IMG/VR virus record: IMGVR_UViG_3300046616_000348
Coordinates: 10,775-74,774 of that record
DNA: 64,000 nucleotides
Source of the DNA: a virus
Strand: one strand, 5' to 3'
The translations under genes and the position numbers were made by a program. Under the pieces are notes generated by a model, which saw nothing but the letters and a program-made list of their open reading frames with translations, did not search any database and was not told the DNA's origin. Positions 28,680 through 38,558 of the stretch are shown here, piece by piece (position 1 is the first letter of the stretch; the number at the start of each line of letters is the position of its first letter).

Positions 28680-29795
28680 TCACATCACCACCGTGATGCT
28701 GTCGGCCGCCCGGGTGACGCCGGTGTAGAGCCACCGGGCCGGCTGCTCGCGGGCGACGAAGCTCTCGTCGAACAGGTAGACGCTGTCCCACTGCGAGCCC
28801 TGCGACTTGTGGACGGTCAGCGCGTAGCCGTAGGTGAACTCCTCGTACTTCTTGCGCTGCTGCCAGGTGAACTCCTCCTGGCGGTCCTCGAAGAAGGCGA
28901 GGTTGGTGTTCACGGTGGCCTTCGCCACGCGGCGGCCTGCGTCCTCCGGGGAGAGCAGCAGGGTCATGTCCCCGCGCTTCGCCGGCGTGACGTTGTCGAC
29001 GCTGAAGAGCATGCCGTTGAGCAGCTTCTTCGTGTTGTTGTTCTTTAGGCAGACGACCTTGTCGCCGCGCTCCGGCATCTGGCCCGTCCGCCCCTTCAGG
29101 GAGCGGATGCGGGTGTTGTAGGACTGCCGGGTCTTGTTGGTGCCGACGAGCACCTGGTCGGCGAGCAGGACTTCCTGCCGGTCGATGGCGTCGCGCCTGA
29201 TCACCTTCGAGCTGCCGTAGGTGCCATAGTCGAGCCCGCCACCCTCGCGGATGTCGATCGACATCTGGATGATCGGGCTGTCCTTTGCCTGCCGATGGAT
29301 GTCGGTGAGCATGATGTCGGGGGTGTTCTCGGGCGCCGTGAAGAAGCCCGCGCCCTTAACCGGGGGCAGCTGGAAGGGATCGCCGAGGACCAGCACCTTC
29401 TTGCCGAAGGAGAGGAGGTCCATCGCGAGGGTGCTGTCGACCATCGACACTTCGTCGATGATGACGAGATCGGCAGCGCGCACCGCCGACTCGTCGTTCA
29501 GCAGCCACTTCGGCTCGCCGCCCTGCGACATCGGGCCATCGTCTTCCTGACGGTAGATCAGGCTGTGGATGGTCTGCGCGCCGGTGCACCCACGGCGGCG
29601 CATCACGAGCGCGGCCTTGCCGGTGAAGGCGGCGTATTCGACCTTGCCGGCGTCATCGGCGAGGTGCTTGGCGAGGGTGCTTTTGCCGGTGCCGGCCCAG
29701 CCGAACAACCGAAACACCTGGGAGGCGGATGGGTCCTTGAGCCACTTCGCAGCGGCGACGAGGGCGTCATCTTGTTGGGGCGACCACTTTGGCAT
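28680..29795 (-). CDS. RecD/Dda-like SF1B helicase
   Basis: GWAGTGKS, IIDEVSMV, GDPFQLPPV, YALTVHKSQGSQW, YTGVTRA. Confidence 0.93.
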   Translation of the reverse strand: MPKWSPQQDDALVAAAKWLKDPSASQVFRLFGWAGTGKSTLAKHLADDAGKVEYAAFTGKAALVMRRRGCTGAQTIHSLIYRQEDDGPMSQGGEPKWLLNDESAVRAADLVIIDEVSMVDSTLAMDLLSFGKKVLVLGDPFQLPPVKGAGFFTAPENTPDIMLTDIHRQAKDSPIIQMSIDIREGGGLDYGTYGSSKVIRRDAIDRQEVLLADQVLVGTNKTRQSYNTRIRSLKGRTGQMPERGDKVVCLKNNNTKKLLNGMLFSVDNVTPAKRGDMTLLLSPEDAGRRVAKATVNTNLAFFEDRQEEFTWQQRKKYEEFTYGYALTVHKSQGSQWDSVYLFDESFVAREQPARWLYTGVTRAADSITVVM

Positions 29796-29990
29796 TTATG
29801 ACCTCGGAAACATGGGGGCGAGCGCGTCGTCGATGACGGTCGCAACGAACTTCAGCTCTTCGTCGGACATCCCCTGGATCATCCGCGGAGTGACCGGCTG
29901 CAGGGCCACGGCGCGGTCCCCTGGACGGCGGCGCTCGAGCCCTTTGTCGATTTCAAAGGCGTAGACGAACCCATCCGGAGAAGTGCTCAC
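29796..29990 (-). CDS. Small hypothetical protein
   Basis: GTG start at 29990, abuts the helicase; start uncertain. Confidence 0.5.
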   Translation of the reverse strand: MSTSPDGFVYAFEIDKGLERRRPGDRAVALQPVTPRMIQGMSDEELKFVATVIDDALAPMFPRS

Positions 29991-30022
29991 GGCGAAAATC
30001 CGATCGGTGTGATGGTGGGGGT

Positions 30023-30090
30023 GGCCGCGCCGTTGCATGCCGGCGCGGCCCTCGCAGCCGCTCTCCCGGGAGGAGGAAAGAGGCGGCTAC
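30023..30090 (-). ncRNA. Two-hairpin RNA element with a CCUCCUCCC (cuckoo-type) loop
   Basis: Minus strand GTAGCCGCCTCTT-TCCTCCTCCC-GGGAGAGCGGCTGC, followed by a perfect 10-bp stem GGCCGCGCCG/CGGCGCGGCC. Confidence 0.5.
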
Positions 30091-30099
30091 GTCAGGAGC

Positions 30100-30420
30100 T
30101 TAAGCCTTGGGCTTGAAGCGCTCCCGGAACTCGTCGTCGGGTCGGGCGTATATCTTCCCACCCTCCTCGACATAGATGGTGAGCCGGTCGCCCTCTTTGA
30201 TCGGCTGGGAGGTCTGGACCTCCACGCCGGTGTGCTTCACAGCGAAGTCACCGGGCCGGTGCACGTGATCAAACAATGGGAGGTCGTAGGCGTTGCGAAG
30301 AAGCTCAACCGCAGCGGCAAACACGTCCTGTGTGCCCTGGGTGAAGTAACGGCTCTTCGAATAGCCGGTCAGCTCTTCGATCACCCGTGACGTTGAAATC
30401 TCCAGCTTCCCCTCAGTCAT
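30100..30420 (-). CDS. Hypothetical protein (DUF1653-like C-terminus)
   Basis: IYVEEGGKIYARPDDEFRERF. Confidence 0.6.
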   Translation of the reverse strand: MTEGKLEISTSRVIEELTGYSKSRYFTQGTQDVFAAAVELLRNAYDLPLFDHVHRPGDFAVKHTGVEVQTSQPIKEGDRLTIYVEEGGKIYARPDDEFRERFKPKA

Positions 30421-30781
30421 TTTTTTGGAACCTTCTGTTCATCCGCGCCAAGCGCAAAACCTTGGCTGCCTCTTCAAAATTGCCGCTCACTGCATAGAGC
30501 AGCCGTGAAACTTTAACGGGATCGACCGATTGTCGCTCCCAGAAGACCCGCTCGCTCATCGAATGTTGTTCGCGGTGCAGGTCGGGGTGGAGTGGAACCA
30601 CGTATTCGTCATCGGGTTTTTCTCCCATGCCGGTGGCCGGTTTGCCGTTCGCCAGATCCCCGTAGCGGATGTGGCAGGCCTCGACCGGGGTGCGTCCGGT
30701 GAGCAGGCACGGCAGGGTCCGGATGAACTCCAAATGCCTATCGTCGCGAATGCGCGGTCGACGTTTTCCAATACCGGTCAT
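30413..30781 (-). CDS. DUF968-like Zn/HNH-type protein
   Basis: HLEFIRTLPCL, EACHIR, KPDD..VVPL...HREQH. Confidence 0.75.
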   Translation of the reverse strand: MTGIGKRRPRIRDDRHLEFIRTLPCLLTGRTPVEACHIRYGDLANGKPATGMGEKPDDEYVVPLHPDLHREQHSMSERVFWERQSVDPVKVSRLLYAVSGNFEEAAKVLRLARMNRRFQKND

Positions 30782-31485
30782 TAGAAACCCCGATCTGTGA
30801 GGTGCATCAGCGCAACCTCTCGGGTGTCCTGGTCGATCCGGTCAGCCTCGAAGGCCATCCATTTCAGGTAGTCGGTCGGGACGTCCGCCCAGCGGGCTCC
30901 CTTGTGCTTGTTGCCGAACTCGCATGTCGGCTGATGCACGGGCTGCGACGACCAGAGGAGCAGCTCCTCGAGCGTGACCTTGGCGAGCATCCGGACGAGG
31001 ATGTGGGCGGTCACATGGACGTCGGCAGCGGCACGGTGGGGAGGCATAGACAGCACGGGGTCGACGGCAAGGCCGAGGTGATAACGGAGGCCCTGGTTCG
31101 AGTGCGTCGGCGCAGAGGGGATCATCCTCTTTGCGCATTTATATGAACACACCCACTGCGACCCCGGTGGGGTTTTAACGAAATGCATATCGAAGCGGCG
31201 GTTGTGGGAGGCGAAGACCGTTTCCGGTCCGCAGCCTTCAGTCGCAAACTCCACAACCGCCGCAGGCACGGGAGCCCCAAGCACGTCGGCATCCACAATG
31301 TGGTGGACGGCCGACGCCTGCGCCGGGATCGGGCAGCAGGGATTGGCGAGCATGGCCCGAGGAGCTGAGATCGTCAGCGTATTCAGGTCGATGTCGCACC
31401 ACGCGGCCTCCACGAGCCGAGCCCCAGGATCGTCCTGGAAGCCGGTGGTTTCTGCGTCGATCACCCGCATTCGCGAGAAGGGCAT
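30781..31485 (-). CDS. DEDDh 3'-5' exonuclease (ExoX/DnaQ-like)
   Basis: IDAETTG, SHNRRFD, HRAAAD; C-terminal FGNKHKG...VPTDYLKW. Confidence 0.9.
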   Translation of the reverse strand: MPFSRMRVIDAETTGFQDDPGARLVEAAWCDIDLNTLTISAPRAMLANPCCPIPAQASAVHHIVDADVLGAPVPAAVVEFATEGCGPETVFASHNRRFDMHFVKTPPGSQWVCSYKCAKRMIPSAPTHSNQGLRYHLGLAVDPVLSMPPHRAAADVHVTAHILVRMLAKVTLEELLLWSSQPVHQPTCEFGNKHKGARWADVPTDYLKWMAFEADRIDQDTREVALMHLTDRGF

Positions 31486-31614
31486 TGGAGCACCCGATTT
31501 GACAAATTTTGGCGTTGGTTCCTCTGATCGCCCACGAAAAACGTGAACGTCAGGAGAACATCGAGGAATGAATACCTATGCTTTAATGCACAAGTCTAGG
31601 GACAAATTCCTAGT

Positions 31615-32661
31615 TCATTCGTCATGGTAGCCGTTGAGCCAGACCTGCGCGGCCTGCTCGGACAGCCCCTCGGGAGGGGTCGGTTCGCCACCGGAAGCCT
31701 TGAACTGCTTGCCCTGCGAGAACAGCGCGTCGAGCTCTTCGTCGGTCAGCTTAGGCGTCTCGACGGTGCCGGTTTCCACAGACTTATCCCCAGCCGGAAG
31801 GGCGCCGCGCTTCGCGGCATCGCCCAGCGGATCGTAATCCTTGTCGACGGCCTTCTTGTCCGGGGCGAACATCTCCTCGACCGTCACCTCGCTGGAGCGC
31901 AGGCTCTGGAACATGCCCCGCAGGGTCACGAGGTTCTCAGCCGTCACCTGGGTCAGGCTGTCCACGCCGAGATGCTCGAGGAGCTGCTCGGGCTTCACGC
32001 CATAGATACCGAACGCCTTGACCGCGTCCTCGCGGCGCTGGGGCAGGGTATCGGCGTCGCCGGCGATCAGACGACGGGCAGCCTGGTAGGCCGGGCGATA
32101 GATGCTCCGGGGGATGCCGGCCAGGATGGCATTGCGCTTGGCAATGGCGCACGCGGCGTTGCCGGTGACGATGATCATGTCGTCGGAGAAGATGCCGCCG
32201 CTCCTGGTCGAGATGCGCCTACGCACCGTCGCCTTCGAGGCGGAGTTGGTCTCCAGGTCGAGGAACATGCCCTCGGCCTCGACGTACTTCTCGGCACGGT
32301 TGACCTCGACGATGTGCGCCTCGTAGCGGCAGTTGCCGTACTTCTGCGCGGCGATCTCAGCGAGACGGATGCTCGGCCCCTCGATCGCCTTGTTCTCCTC
32401 GTCGTCGCCACCGCTGCGCTTCTGGTTCTTCTTGCCGCGCACCAGAGCGTAGAGGCACTCGGCAGCAGCCTCCTCGTCGATCGTGGCGAGGGCCGTGATC
32501 TTGGCGATCACGGCGATCTCGTCGCGCGGGTGGGCACGGGCCGCGTCCAGCTGCATCTGCAGCGAGGAGGCCGAGACCAGCGCCGAGCCGGTTGGGCGAT
32601 TGGCAGGCAAATTGGGTTCGCGCACCGGGACGATGTCCCGGCCTTCATCGTAGTCCTGCAT
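31615..32661 (-). CDS. Putative single-strand annealing/recombination protein
   Basis: ATG 32661; IEGPSIRLAE motif; directly downstream of RecE-like nuclease. Confidence 0.6.
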   Translation of the reverse strand: MQDYDEGRDIVPVREPNLPANRPTGSALVSASSLQMQLDAARAHPRDEIAVIAKITALATIDEEAAAECLYALVRGKKNQKRSGGDDEENKAIEGPSIRLAEIAAQKYGNCRYEAHIVEVNRAEKYVEAEGMFLDLETNSASKATVRRRISTRSGGIFSDDMIIVTGNAACAIAKRNAILAGIPRSIYRPAYQAARRLIAGDADTLPQRREDAVKAFGIYGVKPEQLLEHLGVDSLTQVTAENLVTLRGMFQSLRSSEVTVEEMFAPDKKAVDKDYDPLGDAAKRGALPAGDKSVETGTVETPKLTDEELDALFSQGKQFKASGGEPTPPEGLSEQAAQVWLNGYHDE

Positions 32662-32671
32662 GGGGAGCCCC

Positions 32672-33736
32672 TTAGCTATAGATGCCGAAATTGGCGGGGA
32701 AATCGCTGTCGTCGAGCACGAGCACATCGGGCTCGGGCATCCAGTCCTTGTCGTCGCCGAACTGCTGAACCATCGACTTGTAGATGTGGATGGCGTGCTC
32801 GATCTCGCGGGCTGCCGCCTCGAAGACGTGCAGCTCGTCGGGGAACTCGACCAGGGTGGACGTCGGCGCACCGGTCGCTTTGACCATCAGCCAAAGCCAC
32901 TGGATGTTGTCCTTCTGGAACAGCAGGTCGACGAAGTTGTCCGTCGGCGGCTCGCCGTGGATGGCGAGCTGGCCGGCGAAGTAGAGCTCACGGGCTCGGG
33001 CAAAGCCCTTGCGGTAGGCGGCCGACTGCAGGTCGTACCGGAAATCGCGGATGGCCTTGATGACGTTCTTCCGCGTCTCGCGCGGCCGCCACGGGCGGTA
33101 CGACTTCAGGTCGACGAACAGGCCGGGGTAGACGTAGTCGAAGCGGCACTTCAGGCGGACGCCGTCGTGCTCGTAGAACAGCGAGACTTCGGGCGAGCCG
33201 CCGTAGAAGGCGCCGTCGTCCATCACGCCGGCGAGCTTCTGGTGCCGGGTCATCCACTCGATCGCGAGCTGGATCTCCTTCGCCATCTTCGCGGTGATGC
33301 CGGTGACGCCTTCGGTGAGGCTATCCTCGAACTGCTGCTTGATCACGTCCCAGATCGGCTGGGTGGCGTCGGCCTCGCGGATCAGCTTCACGCGATCGGC
33401 CTTCGTCTTCGTGCCGCGGGTGCTGACGCCGTTCTCGGCCAGCCACAGCTTCACGTCCTTGTCGGTGACGATCAGGTTCTTGAAGGTCTTCGGATCGGGG
33501 GCGACGCGGTACTTTGCGTCGAACACCTCGCGGCCCTCGAGGGTGCGGGCATGGAATGCCGAGCCCCAAGTCTTCTCGTAGCTCTCGGTTTCCTCGGCTG
33601 GGTAAAGCCGGTCGAACTGGAACTGGATCGGGTCGTTGAAAACGGCCTTGAGGCCGGTCGACCCGAGTGCTGGGTCAGCATGGTAGACGTCGTCAGGAAG
33701 GCCGAAATGAAGGCCCAATGGGAGAAGGTTTGCCAA
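32672..33736 (-). CDS. RecE/ExoVIII-like PD-(D/E)XK exonuclease (DUF3799)
   Basis: YHADPALGSTGLK, GSAFH, KCRFD, VDLKS, YDLQSAAY. Confidence 0.88.
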   Translation of the reverse strand: MANLLPLGLHFGLPDDVYHADPALGSTGLKAVFNDPIQFQFDRLYPAEETESYEKTWGSAFHARTLEGREVFDAKYRVAPDPKTFKNLIVTDKDVKLWLAENGVSTRGTKTKADRVKLIREADATQPIWDVIKQQFEDSLTEGVTGITAKMAKEIQLAIEWMTRHQKLAGVMDDGAFYGGSPEVSLFYEHDGVRLKCRFDYVYPGLFVDLKSYRPWRPRETRKNVIKAIRDFRYDLQSAAYRKGFARARELYFAGQLAIHGEPPTDNFVDLLFQKDNIQWLWLMVKATGAPTSTLVEFPDELHVFEAAAREIEHAIHIYKSMVQQFGDDKDWMPEPDVLVLDDSDFPANFGIYS

Positions 33737-33765
33737 GGTCCGCCGCCAACGGTTTTGTGCTGCGC

Positions 33766-33859
33766 TTATTCACAGCGAATAATCGCAAGCTACCGATGAT
33801 GACCCACCCCGTCAATACGCAACGTATAAGTTTGTTAGAATTTTATCCACAACGCATAA
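33766..33859 (-). promoter_or_regulatory. Leftward promoter (PL-like) with three operators
   Basis: TTGACG(33815-33810)-N17-TAGCTT(33792-33787); operators at 33766-33782, 33813-33829, 33843-33859. Confidence 0.75.
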
Positions 33860-34000
33860 ACCAGCCTTGACCGGTCACGCGCGTTCGCGGAGTATGGTTA
33901 CAGACCTATCCGATAGAATGGAGAGGGGGAGGGGGGTGCTAGAGCACCCCTCTCCCCTTTCCACGAACAGTAGTAAATAACTGATAGAATTGTCAGTAGG

Positions 34001-34642
34001 CTACAGCGCGCGATAAAGCGCCTCGACTTGCCCGAGCAAGCGGCCATCTTCACCCAGCGACACGCCGTCAATCTCAGCGTTGCTGGAGCGCAGCACAAGT
34101 GTCCAAGAACCTTCGACCTGGACGCACTGCGCCGGGACTAGTTGTCGCAGCTGTCCGCCGAACCCTGTGCGTTCGCAGATGCAGAGCGTATTGGGGGCAG
34201 CTTCCTCGACCTCTCGCACCAGCAGGTAGTCACCTGCGGAGTAGTTGGCCCAGTCCGTGTCCTCCGAGACGCCTACAGCAAACCAGTTCGCATCGGGCCC
34301 GCCGGCCACGACGGTGATCTGCAACGAATCTGCAACAGCGGCATGGATGTCTATGGGCTTCCGTTCCTCCCAGTGGGTGAGGGATATGGTTCCCACCACC
34401 GGAGTGCCCCGCATCCCGTCGGACTTGGGCACTAGGTCGCCCGTCCCGGTGAGTAGCCACTCGAGGGAGACGGCGAATCGTTTGGCGTAAATGGTTGCGT
34501 CTTCAACAGAAAATGCCCGGCCACCGTTTTCGTGGGCGGAATATGTCGGCACTGAAACGCCTAAACGGCGTGCCGCTGCGGATGCAGATGTGAAGCCCGC
34601 TGCAATGCGAGCCTGCCTAAGTCTTTGAGCGCGTTGAGGCAT
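34001..34642 (-). CDS. cI: CI-like repressor (XRE HTH plus degenerate S24-like domain)
   Basis: RLRQARIAAGFTSASAAARRLGVSVPTYSAHENG...VSLEWLLTGTG; divergent from cro. Confidence 0.88.
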   Translation of the reverse strand: MPQRAQRLRQARIAAGFTSASAAARRLGVSVPTYSAHENGGRAFSVEDATIYAKRFAVSLEWLLTGTGDLVPKSDGMRGTPVVGTISLTHWEERKPIDIHAAVADSLQITVVAGGPDANWFAVGVSEDTDWANYSAGDYLLVREVEEAAPNTLCICERTGFGGQLRQLVPAQCVQVEGSWTLVLRSSNAEIDGVSLGEDGRLLGQVEALYRAL

Positions 34643-34668
34643 TCCCGATCCTCTGATTTCCGCGTTGA

Positions 34669-34727
34669 ATATACGCGAGGCATTTATGCATGTCGTATTG
34701 ACGAGCTTTATACGTTGCGAATAAGGT
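34669..34727 (+). promoter_or_regulatory. Rightward promoter (PR-like) with three operators
   Basis: TTGACG(34698-34703)-N18-TAAGGT(34722-34727); operators at 34669-34685, 34684-34700, 34708-34724. Confidence 0.75.
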
Positions 34728-34757
34728 TTGGTTGCATCCGAACCGGAGAAATACCTC

Positions 34758-34994
34758 GTGACAAACGAAACTCAGACACTGGGAACGCGGATTAGGACCG
34801 CCCGCCAGGGTCTCGGTTGGGGGCAGGTGGATCTCGCCAAGCATGTCGGCGTGACCCAGGCGACCGTTTCCCGCATCGAGAGCGGCGGCAAGTTCTCGAC
34901 GTTGGTGGGTCGCGCATTCGAGACGTTCCTTGCTGACGCTGCATCTGGGGCGATCGCTCCGGCTGCGGAGCCGGCGCCTGCCAACCCCTCCTGA
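34758..34994 (+). CDS. cro: Cro-like HTH protein
   Basis: GGAG SD, GTG 34758; IRTARQGLGWGQVDLAKHVGVTQATVSRIE. Confidence 0.85.
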   Translation: MTNETQTLGTRIRTARQGLGWGQVDLAKHVGVTQATVSRIESGGKFSTLVGRAFETFLADAASGAIAPAAEPAPANPS

Positions 34995-35064
34995 CGCCAA
35001 CCAGTATCCGCTTCTGCGCGGAGCATCTTCCCCACCGTCGGGACAAATTGCCGGAGAGCAACCC

Positions 35065-35457
35065 ATGATGATGACCACCTCGATCTCATTACCGACCACC
35101 GCGGCCGCCGATGACCTCGTGACGGCGACGGCGTGGGTAGAAGGTTTGGAGCGGCGTTTCGCTGCATCCTACGGTTTCTCGAAGGTCGACGCCTGGAAGG
35201 CGATCGCCGAGGGCGACAAACAACTCACCGTCGGAGCTGTCGAGGGTATTGCCCGTCGGCGCGTCAAGGACGTCTCCACGCGCATCTACCGCGCGCTGCA
35301 GAACGTCTTCATCCAGGAACTCACGAAAGAGATGAAGGGCTTGGAGAGTGAACTTGAGGCAGCTCGGCGCGCTGGTTTGCGCATGGATCCGAGCACGATC
35401 GCAGAGGCGCAAGCTGCGCTCACTCACGCGCGGCACGTCCTCCACGCCACCCATTAG
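35065..35457 (+). CDS. CII-position regulatory protein
   Basis: GGAGA SD; helical HTH-like protein right after cro. Confidence 0.6.
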   Translation: MMMTTSISLPTTAAADDLVTATAWVEGLERRFAASYGFSKVDAWKAIAEGDKQLTVGAVEGIARRRVKDVSTRIYRALQNVFIQELTKEMKGLESELEAARRAGLRMDPSTIAEAQAALTHARHVLHATH

Positions 35458-35466
35458 CAGGAAGCT

Positions 35467-35922
35467 ATGAGCAACATGTTCGACCAGGATGAGGTTGCGG
35501 CCTTCATCCAGAGCATCGAAGGGCTTGAGGGGGAAATCGCCAACAGCAAGGCGACCCACATGAACTTCGCCCGCAAAAAGCGGGATGAAATCAAGGAGAC
35601 GTTCGACGAGGCCAAGGAGCGGGGCATCCCCCGCAAGGTGCTCGCGAAGATCCTGAAGCGTCGAGGCCTCGAGGCCGACATCGACGCCCTCGAGAAGGAA
35701 CTCGACGAAGACCACAAGCCGCTGTTCGACAGCCTGGCCGAGGTCTTCGCCCGGTACAAGGAGCCGGTCCAGCAGGACATGTTCTCCGGCCAGGACGACG
35801 ACGAGGAAGAGCAGGAGGAGCAGCCGTTTGAGCCGGCGTTCACTCCCGACCCGCAGGCCGCTCACGACGCCGAGCAGGCTGAGGGCGAGGCGGTCCTCAA
35901 CGGTGATCAGACCAAGCACTGA
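35467..35922 (+). CDS. GapR/DUF2312-like nucleoid protein with acidic tail
   Basis: FIQSIEGLEGE...EIKETFDEAKERGIPRKVLAKILKRR. Confidence 0.7.
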   Translation: MSNMFDQDEVAAFIQSIEGLEGEIANSKATHMNFARKKRDEIKETFDEAKERGIPRKVLAKILKRRGLEADIDALEKELDEDHKPLFDSLAEVFARYKEPVQQDMFSGQDDDEEEQEEQPFEPAFTPDPQAAHDAEQAEGEAVLNGDQTKH

Positions 35923-35924
35923 TC

Positions 35925-36479
35925 ATGGCTCTCAGGCTGCTCGCGATCGACGCGGCCTCAAAGTTCGGATGGGCCTTCGGGCCCACCGACGGAATGCCCC
36001 TCTCGGGTCACGGGCGATTTGCCAGTGAGGGAGCGGAGCACGAGGCCTACTTCGCCGGCGCATGGCGCTGGATGCATCAAGCAATCAAGGACTGGGACCC
36101 CGAGGCGATCGCCATCGAAGCCCCTATCCATCCCGGCACGAAGACGACGGTTCACACCATCGAGCTCCTCAATGGGATCCAAGCGAACCTCCGATCGGCC
36201 GCCCGGCTCAACAACCGATACCGGGTCCAGATCATCCACCAGGGGAAGGTGCGAACCTTCTTCATTCCGCAGCCGAAGCTGAAGCGTGGCGAGAAACGGC
36301 CCCGCCTCACCGGCGACCAGATGAAGCTCCTGTCGCGCAAGCGCTGCATCGAGCTGGGGTTCGTGGACGACAAGGTCCGCAGCCTCGACCAAACCGACGC
36401 CTTGGCCGTGTGGGCCTGGGCCGTCTCCTTCTACGACCCGGAGAACGCCAAGCGCTTCTCCCAACAACTGGCGGCATAG
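35925..36479 (+). CDS. RuvC-like Holliday junction resolvase
   Basis: [28 protein letters not shown]. Confidence 0.75.
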   Translation: MALRLLAIDAASKFGWAFGPTDGMPLSGHGRFASEGAEHEAYFAGAWRWMHQAIKDWDPEAIAIEAPIHPGTKTTVHTIELLNGIQANLRSAARLNNRYRVQIIHQGKVRTFFIPQPKLKRGEKRPRLTGDQMKLLSRKRCIELGFVDDKVRSLDQTDALAVWAWAVSFYDPENAKRFSQQLAA

Positions 36480-36481
36480 CA

Positions 36482-36958
36482 ATGGCGGGCAGCGTCAACA
36501 AAGTGATCATCGTCGGCAACCTCGGGCAGGATCCCGAGGTGAAGACCCTTCAGGCCGGCGGCAAGGTGGTGAACCTGTCGATCGCCACGTCGGAGAGCTG
36601 GCGCGACAAAAACACCGGCGAGCGCCGGGAGAAGACCGAGTGGCACCGGATCGTCATCTGGAGCGAGGGTCTCGTGAAGGTGGCCGAGCAGTACCTGAAG
36701 AAGGGCGCGAAGGTCTACATCGAGGGCCAGCTCGAGACCCGCAAGTGGCAGGATCAGGGCGGAAACGACCGCTACAGCACCGAGATCGTCCTCAAGGGCT
36801 TCGGCGCCACCCTGACCATGTTGGACGGCGCACGCGACGGTGACGGCAACCGTGGCAGCAATGACCGCCAGAGCGACAATCGCGGCAACGGTGGCGGCCG
36901 TAGCCAGCAGTCGCAGCCGGCGTTCCAGGGCGGCATGGACGATGACATTCCGTTCTGA
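36482..36958 (+). CDS. ssb: Single-stranded DNA-binding protein
   Basis: [19 protein letters not shown] ... DDDIPF; alphaproteobacterial type. Confidence 0.97.
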   Translation: MAGSVNKVIIVGNLGQDPEVKTLQAGGKVVNLSIATSESWRDKNTGERREKTEWHRIVIWSEGLVKVAEQYLKKGAKVYIEGQLETRKWQDQGGNDRYSTEIVLKGFGATLTMLDGARDGDGNRGSNDRQSDNRGNGGGRSQQSQPAFQGGMDDDIPF

Positions 36959-37178
36959 GCCGCTGGAGGTGGGCGAGCGCACGACCGCCCACCTCAACCT
37001 GAAGTTCTCCATCGCTGACATGGACCGCATCGCCGAAATGGCGAAGCGGAGGATGAAGCCGGAGGACATCGCTTGGTCGCTGGAGGCGACCGGGCTGAAG
37101 ACGACGCCGGCGGAAATTGCCCGCCTGCTGCGCAGGAATGGCCACCTGTATTTCGGCCTGATCGGCTGGGGCGAATAG
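36942..37178 (+). CDS. Small HTH-like hypothetical protein
   Basis: ATG 36942 overlapping the ssb end. Confidence 0.5.
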   Translation: MTFRSEPLEVGERTTAHLNLKFSIADMDRIAEMAKRRMKPEDIAWSLEATGLKTTPAEIARLLRRNGHLYFGLIGWGE

Positions 37179-37203
37179 CCCGCCATTTGTTGGGGCAAGA
37201 GGC

Positions 37204-37653
37204 ATGACTAGGAAGGGGCGCGCTCTCTCGGAGAGCGTGACGTCGCCGCGGCTTAAGCTGTTGGCGAAGCTGAAGACCGAAGGCCCGCAGAAGATCTCCC
37301 CGCGCTACGTGCCGTTGCGCTGGGCCTTCGAGCGGGGGCTGGTGCGCAAAGAGCAGGATCTCTTTGCCATCACGCCCGAAGGGCTAGCCAAGCTGTCCTA
37401 CTCGGAGATGGACGCTGGCCTGAAGCGCGCGATCAGGGTCATGCCGACGCTCGTCGGCAAGATCCTGGTGCGCACCGCCAGCGAGGCGGAGGAGGCCGTT
37501 GTCGGTGGCGGATACCTCTACCACACCGAACCAGATCACAAGCCATTCCCACCAGGCGCGGCCCGGGCGTTGATCGCCAACGGCCTCGTGGTCGGCCGCA
37601 AGGACGGCCTGCTCGAGGGCATCGCTCAGACCTTCCGCCTGCCGGGGGTGTGA
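37204..37653 (+). CDS. Hypothetical winged-helix-like protein
   Basis: In-operon ORF. Confidence 0.65.
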   Translation: MTRKGRALSESVTSPRLKLLAKLKTEGPQKISPRYVPLRWAFERGLVRKEQDLFAITPEGLAKLSYSEMDAGLKRAIRVMPTLVGKILVRTASEAEEAVVGGGYLYHTEPDHKPFPPGAARALIANGLVVGRKDGLLEGIAQTFRLPGV

Positions 37654-37654
37654 G

Positions 37655-38254
37655 ATGTCGGAGACCAAGAAGAAGAACGCGCACGTCTGGGAGCGCGACC
37701 CCAACGACTGGTACGTCGAGCCGCAATGGGTGTGGGAGAGGTTCTTCGCCCGCGAGCAGTTCGATGGCGTGATCCGTGATCCGAGCTGCGGCATGGGCAA
37801 CTGCGTCATCCCCGCCCGGGCTGCCGGCTACACCGTGGAAGCCCGCGACCTGATCGCCCGCTTCCCGATCGTCGAGCGCGAGGAGGACTTCCTCCAGTCG
37901 ACCGACGAGGCGGACAACATCTGCACCAACCCGCCCTTCAAGCTCTGCAACGAAGAGCCATACCCCTACATCCGCCACGGCCTGCGCCTCGCTCGGCGCA
38001 AGTTCGCGATCGTGATGCAGGCGAGCTGGGTGTTCGGCGAGAAGCGGAGCCACTTCCTCGAGAGCACCCCGCTCTCGTGCATCTACAACATCACACCCAA
38101 GCCCTCGATGCCGCCCGGCGCCATGATCATGGCCGGCCACAAGCCGAACTCCGGCGCGATCGACTACGTGATCGCGGTCTTCAGTCGCGGCCATAACGGC
38201 GAACCCTCCCACCGCTGGCTCCGCAAGGGCCCGACCCGTCGCGTAAGGGGCTGA
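37655..38254 (+). CDS. Amino-group (m6A-type) DNA methyltransferase
   Basis: DWYVEP, DPSCGMG, TNPPF. Confidence 0.8.
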   Translation: MSETKKKNAHVWERDPNDWYVEPQWVWERFFAREQFDGVIRDPSCGMGNCVIPARAAGYTVEARDLIARFPIVEREEDFLQSTDEADNICTNPPFKLCNEEPYPYIRHGLRLARRKFAIVMQASWVFGEKRSHFLESTPLSCIYNITPKPSMPPGAMIMAGHKPNSGAIDYVIAVFSRGHNGEPSHRWLRKGPTRRVRG

Positions 38255-38255
38255 G

Positions 38256-38558
38256 ATGTCTAAGCAAATCCCCATCACCGAGGTCTTGCTGTTCATCGAG
38301 GCCGACTATGAGTCGTGCGTGAACTCGCACCTCGCGTGGCGCGAAAAGCATAACGATGGTGTCACGCCCGAGAAGAACCGCCGCGAGATGCTCGCCATGC
38401 GGTCGGTCGTCAACGCCTTCCACTACATCAGCCGTGACACCGAGGGCTTCCGGGCCTTCTGCGAGGCGGTCCGTCGCAAGCAAGGCTCAATGCCCGGGGG
38501 CGGCGTCGTCGCCAAGATCGACGCCATCCTCGACGAGAAGAAGGCAGCGGCCGAATGA
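38256..38558 (+). CDS. Hypothetical protein
   Basis: Coupled ORF. Confidence 0.65.
   Translation: MSKQIPITEVLLFIEADYESCVNSHLAWREKHNDGVTPEKNRREMLAMRSVVNAFHYISRDTEGFRAFCEAVRRKQGSMPGGGVVAKIDAILDEKKAAAE

Noticed and set aside
33843-33851. Perfect DnaA box TTATCCACA
   Set aside because: Single copy inside the 17-bp operator; no box cluster or unwinding element
33867-33898. Plus-strand promoter TTGACC...TATGGT
   Set aside because: 20-bp spacer is too long for sigma70
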